A stretch of 64,000 nt of DNA from Rhodospirillaceae bacterium (lineage in GTDB: Bacteria; Pseudomonadota; Gammaproteobacteria; Steroidobacterales; Rariloculaceae), in NCBI GenBank assembly GCA_024638465.1, contig JAHEKF010000008.1, positions 4,549-68,548 on the forward strand. The letters run 5' to 3'. The notes beneath the pieces were generated by a model that saw only the letters and a program-made list of their open reading frames with translations, made no database searches and was not told where the DNA came from. Every line of letters begins with the position of its first letter. The first letter of the stretch is position 1. This document shows, piece after piece, positions 30,584 to 41,293 of the stretch. The position numbers and the translations under genes were made by a program.

Positions 30584-30744
30584 GTGAGGCCGGAACTCAG
30601 CGTATTCGAAAAGCCTCTTGGACTCTTTTAGTCACGTTGAAGTGATCTAACTATCTGATTTAACTCGCCTCAAGACCACAGATCGATACTTTTTTCTCAG
30701 TTGGTAAGTGTGCTCCGGTAATCGCGAAGCTGAGCTTTTGCCAT
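30584..30744. repeat. Direct repeat copy 2 (~160 bp, att-like)
   Basis: Colinear with 27998-28159. Confidence 0.85.
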
Positions 30745-30757
30745 GAACTACACCCAC
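30726..30757 (-). pseudogene. Displaced, degenerate 5' half of tRNA-Gly
   Basis: GTGGGTGTAGTTCA-TGGCAAAAGCTCAGCTTC versus tRNA GCGGGTGTAGTTCAATGGTAGAACCTCAGCTTC. Similarity stops in the anticodon loop. Confidence 0.8.
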
Positions 30758-30796
30758 AGGTCTCGTGCGGGACGATTGTACGGCGGGTCGAACCGC

Positions 30797-31690
30797 TCAG
30801 GTCTTCGAGGCGTCAAAGATCGATTGAATCGCCGTGTCCAGCATTTCATTGAACTCCTCCTCGGACTGTTGCGCGGAAAGCCCTTCGGTCAGCGCGCGAG
30901 AGAAACTCGCGATCATTCCGTTATTTTGCGAAAGCCGCCGGTTTGCTTCCTCACGACTATAGCCTCCCGACAGCGCTACGACTCTGACGATGTTCGGATG
31001 CTCCTGGCAGGCTCTGTAGAAATTCGCCTCTTCCGGCAACGTGAGCTTGAACATCACGAGTTCGTTCGAGTCGAGCTGGTCGAGATTCGCCAACAACTGC
31101 GCTCTGAGCAGCGCTTCCGCTTCGGCTTTATCCGGTGCGTTGATATCCACCTCGGGCTCGATGATCGGGGTGAGGCCCGCAGCGACGATGCGTCGGCCGA
31201 TCTCGAACTGCTGGGCTACGTTGGCCTCGATACCGGCGGGATTCGCGGATTTAATCACGGAGCGCATCTTCGTGCCGAAAACCGGTTGCGCTTTCGCCTT
31301 TTGCAGCAGGGTACCCAGGTCGGGCATCGGCTTCATCAGCTGAACGCCATCGGCCTCCTCTGCCAGTCCCTTGTCGACCTTGAGGAAAGGCACAACGTTC
31401 TTCTCCTCCCAGAGAAAGCTCGCCGAACTCTTCCCGTCGATCTCACGGTCCAGCGTGTTCTCGAACAGGATCGCGCCCAGGATGCGGTCACCGTTGAATG
31501 CTGGTGACTTGACGATTCGGGTGCGCATTTCGTGCACAACGGTGAACATCTCTTCGTCATTGCTGTAGGCGTCCTCCCCTATTCCATAGAGGCGCAGCGC
31601 TTTCGGTGTGCTGCCGCCGCTCTGATCGAGCGCGGCAATGAATCCGTCCGCCGTACGAACTTTGTTCAGTTGGTCTTCGAGAGTAGACAT
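30797..31690 (-). CDS. fda: Fructose-bisphosphate aldolase class I
   Basis: [48 protein letters not shown]. Confidence 0.95.
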   Translation of the reverse strand: MSTLEDQLNKVRTADGFIAALDQSGGSTPKALRLYGIGEDAYSNDEEMFTVVHEMRTRIVKSPAFNGDRILGAILFENTLDREIDGKSSASFLWEEKNVVPFLKVDKGLAEEADGVQLMKPMPDLGTLLQKAKAQPVFGTKMRSVIKSANPAGIEANVAQQFEIGRRIVAAGLTPIIEPEVDINAPDKAEAEALLRAQLLANLDQLDSNELVMFKLTLPEEANFYRACQEHPNIVRVVALSGGYSREEANRRLSQNNGMIASFSRALTEGLSAQQSEEEFNEMLDTAIQSIFDASKT

Positions 31691-31796
31691 CGTGTTGGTT
31701 ATCCTTTCGCCGAGTGGGAACTTTAAAACAAATGATAACCGGCACGGGGCGCAAGTTCACCGGACTTGGGGCGATCTGTCCCGGACTATCGTGAAT

Positions 31797-33884
31797 TCAG
31801 GCTGCTGGTGTCCCAAAAATTCTTGTGAGGTCGTCGAGGTCCACGGGTTTTACGAGGTGCTGCTCGAATCCTGCCGCTGCCGTTCGCTCGCGGTCTTTTT
31901 GCTGGCCATAGCCGGTCAGCGCGACAAGTTGCACATCGGAGGCGGACGGGTCATTGCGAATCGCGCGGGCCAGTTCGTAGCCGTCGAGTACAGGCAGGCC
32001 AATGTCGACCAATGCCACTTCCGGCGGATTTTCCTTAACCAGCCTTAGCGCTTCTTCTCCGTCGGCGGCAGCGCTGACCTGATGGCCCCAGATCTGCAGC
32101 AGTCGGCACAATCCCTCGCGTGCCCCGGCATTATCTTCGACAACCAGGACCCGGCGCGACGTGCCGGTTGACGGTATTGCATCGGACCGCGCTGCCACTG
32201 ATGTCGCCGGAGCGCTCACTCGCGGGAGAGTCAGTACGAACCGGCTGCCTTTGCCGTGACCTTCGCTATGCGCGGCAACCGCGCCGCCATGCAGCTCCGC
32301 AAAACGACGAACCAGCGCCAGCCCGAGTCCCAGCCCGCTTTTCGACCTTGCAAGCGAAACGTCGGACTGCACGAAGGGCTCGAACACGCTCGGCAGGATG
32401 GCTGGATCGATGCCCGTGCCCGAATCGCTGACGCTCACGTTAACTTCGTCCTCGTCGGCCGTCAGCTCGATTTCGATCGGCTTATCCGGATCCGAATATT
32501 TCAGCGCATTGTCGACCAGATTCTGCACCGACTGCACCAGGCGAGCACGATCGCCGTCGACCCAGGCAGCTTCAGTCCGCTTTTCAAAACTTATTTCTCT
32601 GTCCGCATGGGATATCCGGATCGAGTTCAGAAGCTCGTCGAGCAGTCCACCGATCTCGACAGGCTCGCGCGTAAGCGCCAGCTTGCCGGCACTCAGTCGG
32701 CTCAAATCGAGGAGGTCATCGAGAATGCGTTTCAGCATCTGCGATTCGCTAAGAACAATGGCCTGCAGTCGAGCACGCTCATCGTCCGTGCCACCGAGCG
32801 CGTCGAGGGCATAAGCCGCATTCGCGACCGCACCAAGCGGGTTTCGGAGTTCGTGGCTCAGCATCGCGAGAAACTGGTCCTTGGCACGGTTCTCGGCCTC
32901 GACCCGTTCGAGTTCGGCATGTTCGCGTTCGAGCATCTCCGTAAGCTGCTGCTTCGACCGATGGCTTTCAATCGCGATGGACGCGATGTGCGCGCTGTTC
33001 TCGATCAGCTGAATCTCGGGCGGTGTCGGCTCACGAACAGAGCGATAGTAGAGTGCGAGGGTACCCAGCACCTCACCCGCTGACGAACGAACCGGCGTCG
33101 ACCAACAGGCGCGCAACCCGTCTCTGAGCGCGACTTCGCGAAAATCCGCCCAGCGCGGATCGTTGTCTATGTCAGACACGATGACCGTCTCGCCGAGATA
33201 AGCCGCCGTTCCGCAGGAACCTACGTCGGGGCCGATAGCGACGCCGTCGATAGCTTCCGAATAGCGGTCCGGAAGGCTGGGTGACGCCGCATGGCGCAGC
33301 CTGCCTTCGTCGTCCAGCAGCAGTAGCGATACGAACATGCCGGCTGTGTTGTCCTCTACAGACCGCGCGAGTCCGAGCAACGCCTCCTCCAGCGGCACAC
33401 CGTTGGCAATCATCGCGAGAACGCGTTTTTCTGCTTCGAGCAACGCCTCGGCACGCCGCCTGGCGAGCACCTCTCGCTTGAGTTGCTCGATCGTCTCGTT
33501 GAGTGTCGAAAAGCGCTGAACCGAAGCCGCGGCGTCGGGCCCGCCGGCCCAGAGCATCACCAGTACGGTGTCGTCGTCTAGCTCTCCAGCACGAGCACCT
33601 GAAACCTGTACCCGTTTTGTCCCGCCACCGTTCGTTCGCACCGTGAGCGATCCCGGAAGCAACTGGCGGCCACGTGCGCAGCGCCGCAGGAATTCTGCCA
33701 GGTCGGCTTCGGACTCTTCGATCCATTGCGTCAGTGGCCGCCCACGGATCTCGCCAGACGACGCGCCGAGTATCTTTCGACCCCGGCCGTTGGCACCGGC
33801 CAGCCGGCCGTCCAGATCGACCAGAAGTACTGCTCCGGGTAGAAGTTCGGCTATCTGCCAGCCGTCGAGGTCAGCAGGCAACAT
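31797..33884 (-). CDS. Hybrid sensor histidine kinase (PAS-GAF-HisKA-HATPase-REC)
   Basis: [11 protein letters not shown] motif, [25 protein letters not shown]-terminal receiver (LVDIGLP). Start is 33884 or 33896. Confidence 0.92.
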   Translation of the reverse strand: MLPADLDGWQIAELLPGAVLLVDLDGRLAGANGRGRKILGASSGEIRGRPLTQWIEESEADLAEFLRRCARGRQLLPGSLTVRTNGGGTKRVQVSGARAGELDDDTVLVMLWAGGPDAAASVQRFSTLNETIEQLKREVLARRRAEALLEAEKRVLAMIANGVPLEEALLGLARSVEDNTAGMFVSLLLLDDEGRLRHAASPSLPDRYSEAIDGVAIGPDVGSCGTAAYLGETVIVSDIDNDPRWADFREVALRDGLRACWSTPVRSSAGEVLGTLALYYRSVREPTPPEIQLIENSAHIASIAIESHRSKQQLTEMLEREHAELERVEAENRAKDQFLAMLSHELRNPLGAVANAAYALDALGGTDDERARLQAIVLSESQMLKRILDDLLDLSRLSAGKLALTREPVEIGGLLDELLNSIRISHADREISFEKRTEAAWVDGDRARLVQSVQNLVDNALKYSDPDKPIEIELTADEDEVNVSVSDSGTGIDPAILPSVFEPFVQSDVSLARSKSGLGLGLALVRRFAELHGGAVAAHSEGHGKGSRFVLTLPRVSAPATSVAARSDAIPSTGTSRRVLVVEDNAGAREGLCRLLQIWGHQVSAAADGEEALRLVKENPPEVALVDIGLPVLDGYELARAIRNDPSASDVQLVALTGYGQQKDRERTAAAGFEQHLVKPVDLDDLTRIFGTPAA

Positions 33885-34425
33885 ACTCGCGACCATCGAC
33901 AGCCGTCGTCTCGTCTTCCGCTTTGAGATGGACGACGACCCGGCAGCCGGGATGGCCCTCGGCGATCGTTTCCTGGAGCTCCACTTTGGCATAGCCCAGA
34001 TTTTGCGCGGCGATGTACCCGAATACGTTCGATGTCATCATGCACATCGACGGTCGGCCTATGACTTTATCGCCGAAAGGGCAGCTGTGATTGCCGAACA
34101 CGATCTTGTCTTCGTCTTCCTCGATGATGTAGAAGCGGCCATCGATACGGCGCTTCAGATCGACGAGGACGTCGGCCACTTGCGTGCGGTCAAGCTTGTC
34201 GACGGAGAGCTCGTTACGGTAAGAAGAATCGAGCTTCGTGCCAATCACCTGCCCGACGACGCTAATGTATCCCGACGCGTCCTCGAGGCCGACAACATCC
34301 TCGAGTGTTCCGGCCAGTTCGCGGATCAGATCCCGCATGAACAGGTCGCGGCTCAACGGAATGTCGGACGCCGCCGCGTCCGAATCGCTTCTGGTGTCTT
34401 CATTCATCGTTATCTCCGACGCCAT
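33871..34425 (-). CDS. Methanogen output domain 1 (MetOD1, V4R-like) protein
   Basis: [12 protein letters not shown]...[33 protein letters not shown]...GCRVVV. Confidence 0.8.
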   Translation of the reverse strand: MASEITMNEDTRSDSDAAASDIPLSRDLFMRDLIRELAGTLEDVVGLEDASGYISVVGQVIGTKLDSSYRNELSVDKLDRTQVADVLVDLKRRIDGRFYIIEEDEDKIVFGNHSCPFGDKVIGRPSMCMMTSNVFGYIAAQNLGYAKVELQETIAEGHPGCRVVVHLKAEDETTAVDGREYVAC

Positions 34426-34607
34426 CCTACCATTCCCTCTCAGTGAGGTAACGCAGCGACGGGTACGCAGCACCGATATGCAGGACGGCAGCGAGCCACA
34501 CGACTCGCTTCAATCCCGCGATGAAACCGGGGGAGAGTTCAGCCGGACGAATCGACAGGCACAGCAAGAAGAAATTATTAATCAGCAGGTTGCGGCGTCA
34601 CTACGGG

Positions 34608-36083
34608 TCAGGGAACGCTCGCGAGCTGCGTTACTACGTAGGTCACGCTCGCATCCATCGCTTCCAGCATAGGCCCGGGATAAACCCCCACAAAGATCAC
34701 TGCGACCGCCAGGGGCGTCACAGTGAGCATTTCCCGGAAATCCAGATCTTTCAGATTGCGCGCCGCTTCCGTTCGCGGTTGTCCCAAAGCAACTCGCTGC
34801 AGCATCCACAGCATGTAGGCCGCACCCAGGACGATGCCGCCCATCGCGAGAACCACGAAGATGAAGTTCTCGTAGGACACGCCGACAAGAATCAGGAACT
34901 CGCCGATAAAATTCGACGTTGCCGGCAACCCGAAAGATGCCACCGCAAACAGACTCAGAATAGCAACGAAACGCGGCATTCGCTGATGAAGACCACCATA
35001 GTCCGCCATCGATCTGCTATGGGTGCGGTCATAGAGTTGCCCGACGATCAGGAACATCGCGCCCGTCGTGAGACCGTGTGTAACCATCTGCAGAATCGCG
35101 CCCTCGATGCCTTCATTGTTGAAGGAGAAAATACCAAGCGTCACGAATCCCATATGAGATACCGAGGAATAAGCAACAAGGCGCTTCAGATCGTTCTGCG
35201 CCAGCGCCATGTAACCACCGTACAGTATCCCGGTAACTGACACCCACAGCACGACAGGCGCAACATTGTGCGCCACTTCCGGAAAGATCGGCAGGCAGAA
35301 ACGCACGAAACCGTAGCCACCCATTTTCAGAAGCACCCCGGCCAGCAGCACGCTACCGGCCGTTGGCGCCTCGGAGTGCGCGTCCGGAAGCCAGGTGTGA
35401 AACGGCAGCATGGGCAGCTTGATCGCAAAACCCAGGAACAACGCAAGGAAGATCCAGGATTGCGACTGCGGCGAATAGGCGTGCTCGGCCAGCATCGCGA
35501 TATCGAACGTTCCCGCCTGCAGTGACAGGCCCAGAATGCCGATCAAGAGCAGCAAGCTTCCCGCCAGGCTATAGATAACGTACTTCAAACCGGCCGCGAC
35601 GCGATCGGGTCCACCCCACAGGACGATCATGAAATACATGGGAATCATCGTGACTTCCCACAACATGAAGAACAGGAATGCGTCGAGGGCGGTGAACACG
35701 ACCATCATCGCGCCCTCGACGAGAAGTATCAGCATCATGAACGCTTTCAACCGCGTCGTGATCGATTCCCACGAACCCAGTACGCAGAGCGGCGGAAGAA
35801 ACGTTGTCAGTAGTACGAGCAGCAGGCTGATACCGTCGATACCGACCGCGTATTGGATACCGAACGTCGGCATCCAATCGACACGCTCGACGAACTGCAT
35901 CCCGGTTTCGACGTAGTCGAAGTTCGTCCAGAGATAGAGAGCAAAGCCGGCGTTGATGAGCGTTGTAGCAAGCGTCGCTGAGAGTACCGCCGTACGCTCG
36001 CGGACGAGCGCAATAGCTACCATGCCGAGAAACGGCACGGCAATCATCCAACTCAGCAAATGGTCTGCGATCAGTGCGCTCAT
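34608..36083 (-). CDS. nuoM: NuoM-like proton-translocating subunit
   Basis: GIDGIS, WEVTMIPMY, AIKLPMLPFHTWLPDAHSEAPT, LKMGGYG, AYSSVSHMG. Confidence 0.88.
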   Translation of the reverse strand: MSALIADHLLSWMIAVPFLGMVAIALVRERTAVLSATLATTLINAGFALYLWTNFDYVETGMQFVERVDWMPTFGIQYAVGIDGISLLLVLLTTFLPPLCVLGSWESITTRLKAFMMLILLVEGAMMVVFTALDAFLFFMLWEVTMIPMYFMIVLWGGPDRVAAGLKYVIYSLAGSLLLLIGILGLSLQAGTFDIAMLAEHAYSPQSQSWIFLALFLGFAIKLPMLPFHTWLPDAHSEAPTAGSVLLAGVLLKMGGYGFVRFCLPIFPEVAHNVAPVVLWVSVTGILYGGYMALAQNDLKRLVAYSSVSHMGFVTLGIFSFNNEGIEGAILQMVTHGLTTGAMFLIVGQLYDRTHSRSMADYGGLHQRMPRFVAILSLFAVASFGLPATSNFIGEFLILVGVSYENFIFVVLAMGGIVLGAAYMLWMLQRVALGQPRTEAARNLKDLDFREMLTVTPLAVAVIFVGVYPGPMLEAMDASVTYVVTQLASVP

Positions 36084-36091
36084 ATCGTTGC

Positions 36092-38179
36092 CTACCTCGC
36101 GATCCAGTAGAAAAAGCCCAACGCCGCAATCAGCCAAAAGACGATCACCAGCAGGTTGTGCTGAAGCGTTCGAGGTTCGTATCGTCGCGCAGCGTGACCG
36201 GAAGCTTCGACACCGCGGCCCAGACCCTCGACTGTTTTATTGATACCAGCGGTATCGACGAATTTTCCGAGCCAGCGCGCAGTTCTGACGCTGCCCGTCC
36301 CGACCGAGACCACGCGTTGATCTACTGCGCGATCCAGATAGCCGAGCCGGCGCGCGATGCCTGTACTGACGGAGCCCACGGAGACAACGATGTGGTCGAC
36401 CAGGCGATCCACATGGGCTAACTGCCGGGCAATGCCTATGCTCATGGAACCCAATGAGACGACGAGGCGGTCGACGATACCCTGATCGATCGTACGCCAT
36501 GCCCAGTTCGCGAAACCGAGTGTTGGCCGTACGATAAAGACATCGTAGATCTCATCGAAATAGCCCTTGTTCAGCAAAAATACATAAAGCCGCTTCCGCC
36601 ATGGCGCAGCGCCGTGTGCATGGGGTCGATTCCGTCGAATATACGCGACGGCCCAACCGGCTGCGGCCACAGCGACCGGAACCAGCAACCAGGCAGAGAA
36701 TCCTGGCGTCGCTGCGGACACGGTTCCGCCAACGGCAGGCGACAGAAATGCGACGAACCAGCGCCATACAGAGAGCATGATCCCGATCAGAACGATCGAA
36801 GCGACGGCGATTCCGAAGATGTGTTGCGGCGAAAGCAAGGACGGCACGACACGCGGCTTGTCGTCTCCGGCACCCGGCGGGCCGTCATTAAAAACGCTGG
36901 AGATACTGTCGAAAATAGACATTGCGGTAAAAAATACGGTTCCCAGCCCGACGATCCACAGCACGACGCTGGCGGGAGCGAAGCTTTGCGAAAGCCAGAG
37001 GTGCTGATACGCACCCGAGAAGATTACGAGTGGCGGCACGACCGACAAAATAAACGCGCCGGCGAAAAGGCTGCCCATCGCACGGGGCGGGGCTTTTTCC
37101 GTCGTCTCGAAATGGCGATGCGTTGCGGCCAGCACGTTGCCGGTCGACAAGAACATGAATGCCTTGAAAAAACCGTGCGCAATCAAGTGGAAGATAGCCG
37201 CAACGAATGCGCCAACGCCGCATAGCATCGTCATGAACCCGAGCTGGCTGATAGTCGAGTACGCGAGAGTTCGCTTGATATCGGTCTGCGTCAGCGATAC
37301 GAGAGCGGCAAAGAGCGCGGTAGCCGCGCCAACGGTAGCGATAACGGTCATCGCCGTGGGCGACAACACGATGACTGGGCTAAGCCGAACAAGCAGGAAT
37401 GGCCCGGCATTAACCATCGTAGCAGCGTGGATCAGCGCCGATACGGGTGTCGGCGCCTCCATTGCGAATGGCAGCCATACATGCGCCGGCATCTGTGCCG
37501 ATTTTCCTACTGCGCCGGAGAACAGACATAGCGTGAGCAGCGTTACGATATGTGCCGGGATATCGCCGCCGGCCTGTGCAAGCTCGAGGATCTCCGGGAT
37601 GTTCAGCGTGCCGAAAGTCCGAAACGTGAGAATCACGCCGACGAACAGGCCCAGGTCCGCGACTGAGTTTACGAGAAAGACCTTCGTAGCCGCGCTGGCA
37701 GCCGATGGACGTTCGCCGTAGTGGGAGATCAGCAGGTACGAGCAGATTCCCATGACCTCCCAGAAAATGAACGTCATAAGAAGGTTGCTGCTCATGACCA
37801 GCATCGTCATCGCGGCGGTAAACAGCGCCGTTAAACCGAAGAAACGGCTGTGGCGACGGTCGCCGATCATGTAACGGGATGAATAGACCTGCACGATCGT
37901 GCCGACGCCCGTTACGAGAAGAAGCACGAGCACGGTGAGCTGATCGAGATAGAAACCCAGATCGACGGTGAGCCCACCCACGTCGAGGAAGCGGTAGAGC
38001 TCGATTTCCCGGGCTCCATTGGCGGACACATCGAAGAATGCCGCGACCGAGACAAAGAAGGAGATAGCTACTGCCGGAACGACAAGCCGGTGCCCGGCAC
38101 CCTGGAGGCGCCGCCCGAAAATTGCGAGAACGAACGCCGCCGCGAGCGGAAGCAGGGGAATTAGCGTATAGATCGACAT
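36092..38179 (-). CDS. nuoL: NuoL/MrpA/DabB-like antiporter subunit with repeat-extended C-terminal helix
   Basis: WEVMGICSYLL, GKSAQMPAHVWLP.AMEAPTPVSALIHAATMV, AYSTISQLG, KGYFDEIY. Confidence 0.88.
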   Translation of the reverse strand: MSIYTLIPLLPLAAAFVLAIFGRRLQGAGHRLVVPAVAISFFVSVAAFFDVSANGAREIELYRFLDVGGLTVDLGFYLDQLTVLVLLLVTGVGTIVQVYSSRYMIGDRRHSRFFGLTALFTAAMTMLVMSSNLLMTFIFWEVMGICSYLLISHYGERPSAASAATKVFLVNSVADLGLFVGVILTFRTFGTLNIPEILELAQAGGDIPAHIVTLLTLCLFSGAVGKSAQMPAHVWLPFAMEAPTPVSALIHAATMVNAGPFLLVRLSPVIVLSPTAMTVIATVGAATALFAALVSLTQTDIKRTLAYSTISQLGFMTMLCGVGAFVAAIFHLIAHGFFKAFMFLSTGNVLAATHRHFETTEKAPPRAMGSLFAGAFILSVVPPLVIFSGAYQHLWLSQSFAPASVVLWIVGLGTVFFTAMSIFDSISSVFNDGPPGAGDDKPRVVPSLLSPQHIFGIAVASIVLIGIMLSVWRWFVAFLSPAVGGTVSAATPGFSAWLLVPVAVAAAGWAVAYIRRNRPHAHGAAPWRKRLYVFLLNKGYFDEIYDVFIVRPTLGFANWAWRTIDQGIVDRLVVSLGSMSIGIARQLAHVDRLVDHIVVSVGSVSTGIARRLGYLDRAVDQRVVSVGTGSVRTARWLGKFVDTAGINKTVEGLGRGVEASGHAARRYEPRTLQHNLLVIVFWLIAALGFFYWIAR
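36262..36480 (-). repeat. Three tandem 75-bp (25-aa) repeats inside the NuoL-like gene
   Basis: GAGAC anchors at 36306, 36381 and 36456; protein units begin VDRLVVSLGS, VDHIVVSVGS and VDQRVVSVGT. Confidence 0.85.
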
Positions 38180-38184
38180 CGCTC

Positions 38185-39648
38185 TCAAACGCCTCCGCCG
38201 GCCAGGGATTCGAGCAGGAATCGAACGATCGAATCACTCATCAGACCGAGCGCAATCATCGAAACGGAAATCGCGCCGAGACTGACGCGCAGGGATCCAG
38301 CCACGGGCTGCGGTTGTGCTTCGGCGCCGGCGGACCTATTGAACCAGCACGCGAAAATTCTGACGAAGTATCCAAGCGTAAGCAACGTCGAAGCGACTAC
38401 GGTGAACGCGGCAACCAGATGCCCTGCTTCCAGCGCGCCGAGGATGATGTTCCATTTACCGAAAAAACCGCCTGTCGGTGGTAGCCCGACCATCCCGACC
38501 GCGACGACTATCAGCGCCCCCGTAAGCCACGGTGAGCGCGGCCCGAGATCGCGCAGATCATCGAGAGAGCGAGCGCCGTGATAGTGCACCAGTGCGCCTG
38601 CAATCATGAATAGCGCCGCCTGCATGACGGCGTCGTTGATCAGGTAGAACATTCCGCCTACGAACCCCGTCGGATTTCCGAGGCTTACACCAATCAGAAT
38701 CAGGCCGATGTGGCTCACGCCGCCGTAGGCAAACATGCGCTTGAGATCGGTTTGAATCAGCGCGAGCGCCCCGCCGATCAGCGCCGCGATCACACCGAGC
38801 TCTTCCAGCAATACCAACACGGGAACGTGGCCGACCTCGAGACCGGGAACGATCAGTGAATACTCGATACGCACCCACGCAACGAGTGCAACTTTGGTGA
38901 CCGTCGACGCGAGCAGTGGCGCTACAGCTTCCGGCGCGTTCTCATACGCGTCGGGCAACCAGCTGTGCAATGGCACCAGTGCCATCTTGATCGACAGACC
39001 GAGAAAAATATAAATAAGGCCGCCGGCCACCGCAGTAGACGTCACGATCTGGGGCAACCGCGTTGCGAGATCCGCCATATTGAGCGTACCCGTCGCAGCA
39101 TACAGATGCGCAACGCCGAGCAGATATAGCGTGGCGCCGAAGGATCCCAGCAGCAGATAGCGAAATGCGAATACGCTCGCCTTGCCACCCTGAGCGCCGA
39201 CGAGTGCGTATCCCGTCAACGCAGCGACTTCCAGAAACACGAATACGTTGAAAAGATCTGCTGCGAAAATCAGGCCAACGAGACCGCCGATGAGCAGAAG
39301 AATCAGCGTGTGGTAGGAGATGCTTCTCTCGAGTCTCGCGGGTACGACGACGCGACCGAAGATCAGCGACAGCAGCGCCACGGCACTGATCGTCAGGACC
39401 ACGGTCGCGGCAATCGTATCGTCGAGCCACGCTATACCCAGGGGCGCGGCCCAGCCGCCGATCGCGTACTCGATCGGGCCGCCGTTCAGCACGACGCGCA
39501 GATTGACGATCGCCAGGACGACCATGACTGCCACCGCGCCGATCGTCAGCGGCTGGCAAATCGACGGACGCCTGGCCGCAAGAATAGGCATCGACACGCC
39601 CGCAAAGAACGGGACCAGGAAAAGGAGCATGGGCAGCTGACTGCTCAT
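38185..39648 (-). CDS. mrpD: MrpD-like antiporter subunit
   Basis: GGWAAPLGI, DLFNVFVFLEV, IKMALVPLHSWLPDAY, GLPPTGGFFGKW. Confidence 0.9.
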   Translation of the reverse strand: MSSQLPMLLFLVPFFAGVSMPILAARRPSICQPLTIGAVAVMVVLAIVNLRVVLNGGPIEYAIGGWAAPLGIAWLDDTIAATVVLTISAVALLSLIFGRVVVPARLERSISYHTLILLLIGGLVGLIFAADLFNVFVFLEVAALTGYALVGAQGGKASVFAFRYLLLGSFGATLYLLGVAHLYAATGTLNMADLATRLPQIVTSTAVAGGLIYIFLGLSIKMALVPLHSWLPDAYENAPEAVAPLLASTVTKVALVAWVRIEYSLIVPGLEVGHVPVLVLLEELGVIAALIGGALALIQTDLKRMFAYGGVSHIGLILIGVSLGNPTGFVGGMFYLINDAVMQAALFMIAGALVHYHGARSLDDLRDLGPRSPWLTGALIVVAVGMVGLPPTGGFFGKWNIILGALEAGHLVAAFTVVASTLLTLGYFVRIFACWFNRSAGAEAQPQPVAGSLRVSLGAISVSMIALGLMSDSIVRFLLESLAGGGV

Positions 39649-40019
39649 TCAAGCTGCTCCATCACCTCGTCCTCGTCAAGGCTTCGGTACTTGCGGTAAA
39701 TAGAAGAAACGAGTGCAAGCGAGACGCCGAGCGTGGCGACCTGGACGACGATTGCCGTTACCGTCAAGACATGCGGCAGCGGGTTCGCATACGCGGCGGC
39801 GTCCACCACGCCCTCCGAAATAATAATCGGAACGGCCGCCCCATCCTTAGCGCTGAACGCGACGAGAAAAAAGATCGCGCTGGTCTGGACGATATACAGG
39901 CCGATGAGCTTCTTCACGAAATTGGGGTGGGCCGCCATGATGTAGAAGCCCCACAAAAACAGAATCACAAAGACGACGAAGTTAGGTCGCTGCCATAGCG
40001 TTTGCAGAAGCTCAACCAT
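39645..40019 (-). CDS. mrpC: MrpC-like subunit
   Basis: NFVKKLIGL, NPLPHVLTVTAIVV. Confidence 0.88.
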   Translation of the reverse strand: MVELLQTLWQRPNFVVFVILFLWGFYIMAAHPNFVKKLIGLYIVQTSAIFFLVAFSAKDGAAVPIIISEGVVDAAAYANPLPHVLTVTAIVVQVATLGVSLALVSSIYRKYRSLDEDEVMEQLE

Positions 40020-40473
40020 GGGAAGCCTCGTCGCTCGGCTCATCCGCACCTTCGAAAGACAGGCTGATGGCTATCGAAACGCCTGTCACAGCGACATCGA
40101 CGGCCACGCCGACCTGAGTGAGCAATATTCCGATGTAATGTTGCGACGCTTCGTCGAGATTCGGAATCTCGAGATGCGTGTAGTTCAGGAACTGACCGCC
40201 GCCGATCATGCAGAGTCCACCAACGCCGGCGAAGATCAGCAGGCCCAAGCCGTCGCCGTGCACCACGGTCTTTGCCAGCCGGCTGTCGTGCGCGTCGAGC
40301 CCGTAGATCAGGATCGCGAGGATCATGCTGGCGGCGAGGATGACGCCGCCGACGAATCCACCGCCCGGCCCGTGCTGACCGAAGACGAGCACATAGAAGC
40401 CGAACAGCTGTGCAACCGGGATTACGATACGTCCGAGGGTCCGTACGATCGCGCTGTCGTGCGGGTGGATCAT
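40012..40473 (-). CDS. mrpB: MrpB (MnhB domain) subunit
   Basis: GQHGPGGGFVGG motif. Confidence 0.85.
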   Translation of the reverse strand: MIHPHDSAIVRTLGRIVIPVAQLFGFYVLVFGQHGPGGGFVGGVILAASMILAILIYGLDAHDSRLAKTVVHGDGLGLLIFAGVGGLCMIGGGQFLNYTHLEIPNLDEASQHYIGILLTQVGVAVDVAVTGVSIAISLSFEGADEPSDEASHG

Positions 40474-40994
40474 GAGCGGCCTCTCCTCAGGATCAGCGCG
40501 CATGCGATTCCGCCGGTGAAGATCACGATCGTCTCTATAAACGTGTCGAACGAACGATAGTCCATGAGAACCGCCGTCACGACGTTCGGGGTCCGTGTTT
40601 GCGCAACGCTGTTCTCGAGATAGGTCGGCGAGATATGAACACTTGCCGGCGATGTCGGATCGCCGAAAGCTGGCAAGTCACCCGCGCCGTAGAGAAGCAG
40701 GAGCGCGAGCAGCGGCAAGCCCACGAATGCGGCCCATGGCATCGGTGGCCGACGGATCTGTGTGTCCTTCTCTTCCGTACGGAACAGCGTCAGCAAAAAG
40801 AACACGGTTGCGAGTCCGGCGCCGACAACGGCTTCGACAAAAGCCACGTCCACCGCTCCCAGGAGTGCCCATACCAGAGCGAGCGCGAAGCTGTAGGAGC
40901 CGAGGATGAATACGGCCGAGATTAAATCCTTGACGAGGATCGCACCGGCCGCGGTCATCACCAGCAGGACAAGCAACGGAAGTTCGAAAGTCAT
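40470..40994 (-). CDS. MrpB-associated subunit (DUF4040 / MrpA C-terminal-like)
   Basis: AVDVAFVEAVVGAG and PNVVTAVLMDYRSFDTFIE. Confidence 0.85.
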   Translation of the reverse strand: MTFELPLLVLLVMTAAGAILVKDLISAVFILGSYSFALALVWALLGAVDVAFVEAVVGAGLATVFFLLTLFRTEEKDTQIRRPPMPWAAFVGLPLLALLLLYGAGDLPAFGDPTSPASVHISPTYLENSVAQTRTPNVVTAVLMDYRSFDTFIETIVIFTGGIACALILRRGRS

Positions 40995-41293
40995 TTATCG
41001 TCAACCTCTGTGGGTCGCAGACCCGATCGGTATGCGGCTCGAATCGTTGCGTGCGCGATGACCGGGTTCAGCAGATAGACAAGCGCCAACACGACGAAGA
41101 TTCTGAGAAAGTTCGAATTGAATCCTTCGAAGACGGCGAGTCCGCCCAGGACGAAAAGCGCTCCGAGGGAGTCGATCACCCCGAGCGCGTGAGCGCGACT
41201 GAACACCTCGGGCAATCGCAGCATGCCGACAGAGCCGGCAATGAGAAAGAACATCCCTATAAGGATCAGGCCCATCGCGACCCAGGTCATCAT
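40991..41293 (-). CDS. mrpG: MrpG-like subunit
   Basis: GMLRLPEVFSRAHA...DSLG, NPVIAHA. Confidence 0.88.
   Translation of the reverse strand: MMTWVAMGLILIGMFFLIAGSVGMLRLPEVFSRAHALGVIDSLGALFVLGGLAVFEGFNSNFLRIFVVLALVYLLNPVIAHATIRAAYRSGLRPTEVDDK

Noticed and set aside
28112-30744. Repeated 15-aa peptides MVEAKLRDYRSTVTN and MAKAQLRDYRSTLTN on the minus strand of the direct repeats, as RiPP precursors or toxins
   Set aside because: Their ATG falls inside the tRNA-derived fragment and no ribosome-binding site is evident; better explained as att-site sequence.
34608-38179. nuoL/nuoM as part of a respiratory complex I operon
   Set aside because: No nuoA-K or nuoN nearby; the genes are contiguous with mrp subunits and dabA.
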